Part shown: in pieces, positions 54,600 through 64,000 of the stretch | Layout: the number at the start of each line of letters is the position of its first letter | How positions within the stretch are numbered: the first letter of the stretch is position 1 | Assembly: GCA_904063045.1 (NCBI GenBank) | Contig: CAJFCJ010000023.1 | Coordinates: 833,034 to 897,033, forward strand | Length of the DNA: 64,000 nt | Source of the DNA: Dimorphilus gyrociliatus | Lineage: Eukaryota; Animalia; Annelida | Direction of reading: 5' to 3' | Position numbers and translations under genes: made by a program | The notes under the pieces: generated by a model | The model's database searches: none | What the model saw: only the letters and a program-made list of their open reading frames with translations | What the model was told of the DNA's origin: nothing

Positions 54600-56513
54600 A
54601 AGATATGAAAATAGGAAAGAAAAAACCCTATTTAGCAATTTACAATAATTGATGGCGTGTTAAAAAAATGCAATTGATTGTGACAATTGATAGTTTTTAC
54701 CTCTCTTCTTGATGATAATTAGAGATGGGAAAAAAGGAAAAGGGTGGTTAATTGCCGAGTTATTACTAGAAAGGCAATTGATAGAAAAAAAATAGAGAAA
54801 TAAAGAGAAAATCAAAGAAATATCAAGACTACTTTTTAGGTACTTTATAAACTATTAATAAAGAGGAAATTGAAAAGATTCTACCCTTTCCAACTTGGTT
54901 AATGCTTTATCAATCGTTCTTCAGTAAACAAGATTGCTTACCTACGGAACTTTTGTGTTGATAAATCGAGGATAGGGGACTGTATATAGTTTGCATAAGA
55001 GCGACCTCAAGAGTAGACATAGGATTAGACGTATTTAAAGAAAAAATACTAAATAATTACAGTTACATTACATTTGTAACTGTTAGATCTACCGAATTTA
55101 TTCCATTTATCCTTCTCTTTATGCATATAAATTTATATATATATATATTTACTGTATATCTAAATATAAATATATTTTTATTCTATCTCTTTCTATCTGT
55201 CTATTTATCTATCTATCTATCTATCTATCAACTATCTGTATGAAAAAAATACTCTCCCTCAGGAGTACGATATGAACATCTACCTCCGTTTAACTTGGAA
55301 TGATCCTCGTCTATCATTCTCTCATATGAAGGAATACGAGAATGAAACGTATACTCTCTCGCACAAACAATTTGAAAAATTGTGGATCCCTGATGTTTTC
55401 ATTAAAAATGAAAAAGCTGGTCGTTTGCATAATATGATTGTACCGAACCGTTTAATGCGTCTCTTCGCAAATGGCGATATTCTCTTTAGCCAGAGACTAA
55501 GTTTATCCCTGGCTTGCGTATTAGACCTGGTTAAATTTCCCTTGGATAATCAAACGTGCAAAGTCACTTTTGCTAGCTGTAAGTCTAGTTAATAATTTCT
55601 CTCACTTTTTTTTAGTTTTGTCGTTTCTTTCTTCAATCCAGTTACTGATTAGTCTTTAAAGGCTGATTTTTATTAAGTTATCCAATTTCAGATGGTCATA
55701 CGACCGATGATCTGGAAATAATATGGGACTATACTAGATGGCCAACTACAATATCGCCATCTTTAGACGTTCCCGAATTCAAGTTAATTGACGTTACCAA
55801 CCATAATTGCATTTCTAAAACTTCAACCGGCAACTTTTCGTGTTTGGAGGCGATTTTATACTTTCAGAGAAAGATGGAATATTATCTTATACAAGTCTAT
55901 TTGCCGAGTAGTTTGGTTGTTGTTTTGTCGTGGTTGTCGTTTTGGATTGATATAGAAGCGGTACCTGCACGGATATCCTTAGGTCTTTTAACCGTTCTAA
56001 CAATGAGCACTCAGAATTCGGATTTCGCTTCTCAAATGCCTCGATTGTCTTACGTAAAAGCGGTGGACGTATGGATGGTCATGTGCTTGGTTTTCGTATT
56101 CGGAGCGTTACTTGAATACGCTCTGGTCAATATTTTGGCTAGGAAACAAAAGCCTAAACAGGATAAATTTCTATCGGCGCTCGTTAAGCAGGCGACGGTA
56201 AGATCTCATTTCTAGTTATTTCATTAACAGATAATAAACTGCAGTTGATCTTTTCAAGTTGACTGGTCTGCAAATCTCTGACAAACAAGTACCAGTCAGA
56301 AGGCAAGCGAGATTAGGCAATTCGAATAAAATTGAAGAAGAGACCGAAATCTTTAAAGAGAATTGCGCGGATGACGATAAGGAAAAGAGTAACGTAACTG
56401 AAAAATTGAACAGAAATAGAGCTCAATTCGTGGATAAATTTAGCCGATATGCCTTTCCTCTATCTTTCGGCCTATTTAACCTCTTCTATTGGATCTATTA
56501 CAGTTATATTTAA
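53399..56513 (+). CDS. Anion-selective Cys-loop ligand-gated ion channel subunit (GluCl / glycine-receptor-alpha-like), 428 aa, 5 coding exons
   Basis: Exons 53399-53439, 53749-53917, 55263-55578, 55692-56197, 56259-56513; 1287 nt. Signal peptide MAATLLFLLSLNLAVTS; Cys loop CVLDLVKFPLDNQTC; loop C disulfide CISKTSTGNFSC; M2 with PAR anion filter (VPARISLGLLTVLTMSTQ); M4 DKFSRYAFPLSFGLFNLFYW. Confidence 0.93.
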
Positions 56514-56651
56514 CACTTGTATAAAGCAATATTAATAATAATATAAATAAAACTATTAATAAAATTATAATAATAATATTATTAATATGAAAGAGACGAA
56601 GAAGAAGAAACATGGAAAAAGAAGAAGGAGGAGAAGAAGAAGAAGCCGAGC

Positions 56652-56717
56652 AAGAAGAAGAAGAAGAAGAAGAAGAAGAAGAAGAAGAAGAAGAAGAAGA
56701 AGAAGAAGAAGAAGAAG
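56652..56717 (+). repeat. (GAA)22 trinucleotide repeat just 3' of the channel stop codon
   Basis: Seen directly, about 140 nt after TAA. Confidence 0.95.
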
Positions 56718-56907
56718 GATAAAGAAAGAGTAAAGCAGAAATAATCTGAAAAAGACGTAAAATATGCAAAAAAAAGCTATTGTCTTTTGCAGTTGTAGAC
56801 TGTGACCATCCTAATAGAAAGTAATATTTTCCTCAGTGTCTTTGATTCACTTAGTCCGTTAAATAAATTCATTCGAAATTTTATCAAATGAACTTGGAAT
56901 AAGCGTC

Positions 56908-56918
56908 AGATGGCACTA
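56908..56918 (+). promoter_or_regulatory. CTCF-like motif variant AGATGGCACTA 3' of the channel gene
   Basis: One mismatch to the recurrent core. Confidence 0.25.
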
Positions 56919-58179
56919 GCTGGCAGTTGGACTGCCTAACTGTAGGAAAATAGAGGTTGAGACATCTATATTTAATGGCAAACATAAATTGTTGAAAAGA
57001 CTTTTGATTTTGTTTGTATTTCTTTTATACTTGAGAGAAAGAAGGAACAAAGTAAAATAAAATTTAAGCCTAATATTAGAAGCGTTTCGTCTACACCCCA
57101 AACCAAACAGTGGTTAGTAATTGACTTACAAAACGCTCCTTTGAAAAAAGAATGCCAGTTCGACTATAAATGATTCAATACTGTCGATTTTTTTACTTAC
57201 TCTTTCCCATGTTCGATTTACGGAATATTTTAGCTTTTGCAAATTTCTATTGCTAGAAATAAATTACTACCTAAACTTTATATCGATTATACATAGGCCT
57301 TGAAAACACTTTTGCAGTACATATTAATCGACTGTCAACTGCAGTTGCTATGTAGCGAATAATTTACTATAATCGACTCGACGCACTTATTATAAACACC
57401 TATATGTATATAGACGACGTGTATATATGTATGTATGTATGTTTGTATACATGTTTGTAAATTTGTGCATAGGTAGATCTGTTTATATACAAGTTTTTTT
57501 TAACGTACAATGCATTAGATGTAGGCCAATAAATATCTAATAATAGCAAGGATTATGTCATACATATAACAATCAATACTATAATGCATAAAATATGATT
57601 TAAAATAAAATATAGAAAGGTATGGAAACATGATTAGTCCTGCATGCATATATAAACAAACAGACATACAGACACACTTATATACTTCACAAGCAGACAG
57701 GCATTTATATATATATATATATATATTTATATATACAGCATATATTTGATCACATACTGTACATAGCCTGAACGTATTTTTATTAAGAATGATTAAGTGT
57801 ATTGAATTTGTAGAGTATTTGTAGTAGTAAAGAAAATATGATAGAAAAGGATAGCAAGAATTTCTTTACTACTTGTACGAAGGACACTTAGCAGGAAAAA
57901 TTAGAACGAATAAAAAATGTTAAGTATAAAACAGTTGATAGAATTTTGTATGCAGATACATAGGCACAGAAATCTTGCAAGGGAAAAGTAGAACATTGTA
58001 AATTTGTCCTATAGATATTGGCGCCTGTAGCCAATACAAACATCATTTATTATTTATTAAACAAAATACACGTGTTCATTTATTAGTAAACAATAAACTT
58101 CATTCTAATAGGTAAAACTTGGGGAAAATGCTTAAAAAATAATCATCGTATAATCCCAAGCATATTTCATTCATTCTCT

Positions 58180-58233
<54 letters not shown>

Positions 58234-59629
58234 TATGATTGATTGAAATATGTTTGGGCCAGGAGAGAGAGAGAGGTTTGCTTCTCATATCCAGACACAT
58301 ATCTCACACGAAAGTCTAAATATTTTTTATTATTCATGAATGTATGTCTTATTTTCTATTCTACAATTACATTCAAGTGTATAGATTGAAAACGTCTTTG
58401 TATCATGATACATCAAGTATATACCCAATATAACCTAAATATATTGGTTTATACAAAATAATAACATATATAGTAATATATAAATATATATTTATATTTA
58501 TATATATAATTGAATATAATAAAATATATAAATATAGCCACAAAAGAAAAGGAATGTGACATTTAGGCCTAATTCCTGTTCTGTGCAACGCTTTGAAATA
58601 TAGTACAGATTGGTGTGGTCTTTCTTAATATAGAGTAGAAGAATTAACTGCGCAATATTATTTAACGAATGAGACAAATTGTTCAAGGTTATTCATTTAA
58701 AAATATGGAAATACTAATAGGTTTGAAGATGGATGAAAATGATATGAATAAAAACTGACTAAAATCAGAAATCATAATAATAACTAACATTACGGCAGAA
58801 AAGGGATGGAAGAAAGAGAGAATTTTAAGGGGAATAGGGCGTATCATAGGTATATATATATATATACAGTATATATATAATTACTATACATAATGCCTAT
58901 ACATGTATGAATGGAGGTACATACGCTCACGCCTGACAGAGAGAAAGGAAATCCAGTAACCTAGGCTAAACATCCGGTAAAAATTTTCCTTTCAATATAG
59001 CGGCTAGGTCAATCAACTGTAATTAAGGCAACAGATCCTTTCACGCTGTTGTTTGTAAATTATCGGCTATTAACTAAGATGATTTATATTCATATGAGTT
59101 ATTCCCTCTATTATTTTTATTTATTTGTTCTTTTATGCTACCGCACCTAATAGTATAAAATCTTTGGCGTCATAATGTTGAAATATCGAAGCGTCGAAAG
59201 GTAGATTAAGGCTTCGATCTAGTGTGCCCGCGGTTTTTTCCTTTCTTTATTAGATGTTTCCTTCATTTCTTCATTCTTCCTTCCTATCTGCTCTCTGCTC
59301 TCGGCTAATGAGCTGATCGGGGGCGTCTAGTCAATTTAAAAGCTATTAAGAATGAGAAGAAATCGTTTGTTGAGAGGAATCAATGAATTAGAGAGGAAAA
59401 GTTGCCGATGAAAATAGAGTAAGATAGGATAAGCTGTTAAGCCTCAAGAAGTTATAATGAAAGAAAGCAAAGATAACTCAATAGCTAGTTAGGCGATGAG
59501 GAGACTTTTTCAGGCTGGTGCTGTCACCTAATCTGTCTTAATCAACCAGTCTCTTACCCATCTTTTAATTTATTCCGATAAACGTGATTTCTTAATAAAA
59601 GGCAAATAAGGTTTTCACGGAAATCAGAT

Positions 59630-60190
59630 TGACTTGACCAATTAATCTCCTGTTGAAATTCTTAGCACTTTGCTCGCATTGTGAAACGGTCAAAGTCGCA
59701 GCAAAGCTAATTAACTGAAGTCTATAAATAGATAGGAAAAGATCCAAGATAGGTACATTCTTTTCTACATTAGATTTAAAATTGCAAGAATCTTCTTTAA
59801 TAGTTTCGATGACACCACCGCTCTTTATCAACTGCAATTTTACAGCTTTCAATTAGCTCAAAAAATGACATTTTACTCGTTTCTCACCTATCCCGTATCA
59901 CGTATTGAATTCTGTTCTCTTCCTTTTTCGCATTTTTATGTGTTATTCTTTTCCTCTATCAAATTTTTCATTGTTTCTCTTATCTGGGCTGCTCCTATAT
60001 GTGAATTTTCTTCTTCTTCTTCTTTTGCGTAATCTCTTTCTTCATAGAGTGAACTACTTTAATATTCCTTGTGATTTATTATCTAGGATTCTGTGGGGTT
60101 TCTTCATCATCTTCATCCTCATCGTTAATCAAACGATCCTTAAGATGTTGATTAAAAGGTGTTCGAAGAAGGATATATTCGTTATAAGAA
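59630..60190 (-). mobile_element. Probable degenerate hAT-superfamily transposase remnant (C-terminal dimerisation region)
   Basis: ORF 59852-59592 contains FLSIYRLQLISFAATLTVSQCEQSAKNFNRRL, resembling the hAT consensus FPNIxxLLxIxxTLPVTSCECERSFSxLRRL. An upstream fragment EYILLRTPFNQHLKDRL (60180-60130) weakly resembles the preceding conserved block. No TIRs or TSD seen. Confidence 0.4.
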
Positions 60191-60470
60191 CGGATAAAAA
60201 TTATATAGTTAATAGTGTTTTATATGTCTCTTTTAGATTGTAAGTGTACCTATGTAAAAATATCATTTTTGCTCCAAGAAACTACTCTCTTTCTATCAGT
60301 TTTTTCCCTTTATATGCAATATATTTATCTCCAAAAAAGAAAAGGAAAAGGGAAAAACAAAAAAGAGACTACAGTTGGATATGCTACTAAATCACGATTA
60401 CTGTCGAATTACCGTCTAATTTAACAGTACTAAAACTAAAAATTTAACATCCAAAAAGAAAGAAGAATAG

Positions 60471-60508
<38 letters not shown>

Positions 60509-63252
60509 GTTGATATATTTTCATAAAAGTAAAAAAAAGTAGTGAAAACTTTTAAAAGCAAAAACAAAGTGTTTTTCGTAGATGAAGAAGAAATTATAAC
60601 GAATACTTGACATTCTAATGTTGGTCGGTAAAAAAAAATACACTTTTTCTCTCCTTTCCTTCCCTCTCTCTCTCTCTCTTTCTCTAACTGAAAAGATTGA
60701 TAAGTGAGATATCCGCAGAGAGGAATCTTCGCAAAAATATTAAATTACAAAACAAGGGTTAAAACTGCTAGTAATTAATTTTAATACCTATCAAGACTTT
60801 TACTTTCTTTTCCTTTATCATTTTCGCCCCCCTTAACTCCCTCCACCCTCCTTCTTTTTTTCTTTCTCTCTCTCTCGCTCTTTCTCTTCTTCGTTTGCAA
60901 TTACGATTTTCTCAAGTTTCTCCTTTCAAGAAAAACTTTGCAAGATATTTCTTTTCCTCCCCCATTAAATTTCATACTACATATTGTTTCGATTCATATC
61001 CACTTACCTTAAGAAAGATAGTTAAGAGTGTTAAAAGATAAATTAAGGGATAGAAATAATAAGAGATTAATATGAAAATAAAAGAAATAAAGATAAAGAG
61101 AAGAGAAGGGAAGGAAAGGAGGACAGGAGGGAGGAAGGGAAGTGGGAAGGAAGAAAGAAAGACAAATAGAGATAAACAAAAGTTCAGAAAGAGAAAGTAA
61201 TGGAAATAATCTCTTTTATAGAAATGAATGAAAATCTACAAATTACATTTCTGGAAAAGGCTTAGAGAGATAGGTGTAACTAGGTAAAAAAAATACACCT
61301 AATTTGGACATGTGTAGACGAGCCGTGAAATTTTCTTTATGTTACTTTGCAGAATGAAAGAAGTCTAGTTGTAGAGTTCAAGGTTAGAGAATGCGGAACG
61401 CAGAAGAATTTCTAATCGTGTACAGCTGTCTTACTTCCTAGAGTTAATTTTTCCGCTTTCATGCAGAAAAAAATTAATCTAATGTAGGCCAGCATGAAGG
61501 GTAGATAGATAGGTCGGTAGGTAATAGCTAGATAGAAAGATAGATAGGCTGGCAGGCTGGCAGGGAGATGAATAGAACGGGGAAGGACCTTTACAAGGCG
61601 GTTAAACATTATGAAAAAATCGTAATAAATAGCGCTAAACCAATAATCCTATAAAAACATATCGAGCGAAATGAAATATACAAATGAAGAAATTGCGCAA
61701 TTAACCACCAATTGGACTAATTAGAGACTATTTTAAATAAAAGAAAAATACAATACACGGGCTTATGTTATTATAAACAGTATAGTAAAAGTATGAAGTG
61801 TATGCATCATATTTGCAGTATGTACAGTGTGCGTATGTGCATTAAATTAATGAGCAGAGTTTTAAAGGCCTATGCTTATAATTTAAAATTTTTTATTTCC
61901 TTAATAGAAACTTTTACTACAAAGTTTTAATTTAGGGATCAATGTCAATGTTATATGATTAATAGTTATTTAATATGCCAGTTATATACAAAACATAGTG
62001 AATATAGTTTGAAAATTGGTCTTTATATAATATTTATTTGTCATCCTTTTATAAAACTTTTCCCAGTAATGATATATCTCAAAGGCTTTCATTTCGTCAA
62101 GAATCAACCAAGTAGATTGGCTGAATTAATAGCTGGATTATCTTGCCTCCCCGCTTTATATTAATGCTTCAATCTGAGAAGGGAAACTTGGCTCCTCTTT
62201 ACCATTTTATATAGTATATACAGTATAATTTAAACTATATTATATATCTTACCCTTTTTCGTTTATTCATCGTTAAGAGGCTTCTGCTTGTACATACTGC
62301 AGTGTTTATATACATACACTGTATATATACAGTATATACAGTATGTAAAAGAAATAAGCTTCTTCCTCTTTCTCTCTCCCTCTCTCTGTCTGTCGCTCTC
62401 TCTATCTCTCTTGCAGAAAATAATAATTGTCAAACTATTATCTTTTTTCTCACTTTTAACAAAGAAGAATGAGAAAAAGAAAGTTAATGAGAAATTAAAG
62501 AATATCGACCTATAACGTAAATGTTTTAAGAGACAAAAACTATTTAGGTAAGAAACCCTATACAATTTATAGGCTTAATTTTTTCGCACTTGTAGCAACC
62601 TTACACAATCTTTTGCAGTAGCTTCTAAGAAATATACTCCATTTAATTAAAATGAATGAAAAACGCCCCCAATCGTTCTTTTTTTCGATAAAAAGAAGAA
62701 AAGATACATGCATAAATTAACCTTTTACTCAAAAAACCATCTGTAATGATGCTTGAAAGTCTAGAAGCCGTAGAAAGGAGGAAAAAGCATAGTATATAAA
62801 CACTTTCAGTAAAGCGGTTCAACCGTTAAATAAGATTCTCTTTAGGTGCTCTTCAGCAATCTTAAGTGTCTTTTATAAGCCGAAATAACTCTATATCTTT
62901 ATTAGGCTATTAAAGTATCCCGAGTTCATTGGTCTATTTAGCACATCTGCTTATCATGCGCGTTGAATTTGTAACAATTTCTTCTTATTTTCTATAAATG
63001 AGAAACAGAATGTAAAAAAAAGGAGGAGAGAGAGAGAGAGGGGGGTGATATAAAGAAGCAAGTAAAGCTATGAGAGGGAGCGGAAAGTAAGTACATGCAT
63101 ATAGGAAGTAGATAAATTATCAACAAAAGTCATCAATTAGCCTTGATTTTTTTTTAAATTGTGTTTTCAAGTCTTTACCTTAGATTAAAGTGATAAAGTT
63201 TTATGTTTAGTAGCAATAAAATTATTACTCTTGTAGATAAATAAATAGAGAG

Positions 63253-63283
<31 letters not shown>

Positions 63284-64000
63284 CAAGAAAGGGGAGGGGG
63301 CGGAGGGGAAGAAAAAGGAAAGGGGAATAAAAGTGTAAGAGGAAGGACTAAAGTTGATACTTTGCATACTGTTACTTTTATAATGCATTTGGCAAATGGA
63401 ACTTTTTTTGCAGTATATACTTTTGTACTAATTCATACTGTACATGTTATATTATTACTGTATATTATTCTAACATTTAAAAAGAGAAACCTACTGTAAA
63501 AGGATTTTCAAATTATAAAAACAGAGGATAGAAAGAAGAAAAAAATAAATGAGAACAACTGAATGCATGAATAAGCGAATGACAGAGTGAAGGAATGAAT
63601 AAATGAAGGAATGTGAAAGATAGCGAAAATATTTTCACGGCGGAGAATAAGAAAACGACTGCAATAAAAGGAATAGAAAAGAAAAGGTTAATAGTTTTTT
63701 TCCTTTTTCTTCTTCTTCCTTTCCCTCTCTCCCCCTCTCAACCTCAGTGATAAATTCAATCAAAATGGATAATTTCCGAGTATTTCCAAAAGTCGACAAG
63801 TCAGTATTTATTCGCTAAATCCACATTTAATATAAGGCCATACAGGTACAACAAAAACTATATACATACAAAATGGACAAAAACAGACCAATTCGAGCCT
63901 TTTCTTTCCATTTCTTTACCGCTTATCAATACCATTCTTAGTAGATATGAATAGAGAATATCTATAGATAAATAAATTTTGTATATTTATTTATTTTTTT

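Noticed and set aside
61353-61415. Acceptor followed by NERSLVVEFK(VRECGTQKNF*)
   Set aside because: It is exon-like, but no compatible neighbouring exons or homology were recognised.

Overview
This is AT-rich (about 28-30% GC by eye), microsatellite-dense animal genomic DNA. It is probably lophotrochozoan (annelid- or mollusc-like), inferred from a long-coil-1b cytoplasmic intermediate filament with a lamin-tail domain, TTAGGG-type repeats and a Bari-type homeobox. I reconstructed six spliced genes by hand, all with GT-AG junctions and consistent phases: (1) a 9-exon cytoplasmic IF gene (minus, 485-7764) with an apparently mutually exclusive or alternative-terminal tail exon; (2) a 91-aa secreted six-cysteine eclosion-hormone-like prepropeptide (18629-19151); (3) a Bar-related NK-like homeobox gene (25514-26654); (4) a polypeptide GalNAc-transferase (minus, 30269-32493); (5) a divergent RGK GTPase split by an 11-kb intron (36075-47983); (6) an anion-selective Cys-loop channel subunit, GluCl/GlyR-like (53399-56513). 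A seventh, tentative two-exon orphan gene lies at 22234-23431. Non-coding signals include about 20 copies of TATA-CAG/CTG-TATA matching Tc1/mariner excision footprints, recurrent CTCF-like AGRTGGCGCT motifs mostly at gene boundaries, a perfect DR5 nuclear-receptor element, and a probable hAT transposase fossil. I recognised no tRNA, rRNA, snRNA, CRISPR array or intact transposon. Most other ORFs in the track are low-complexity noise. All homology calls are from memory of protein families; no database search was run.
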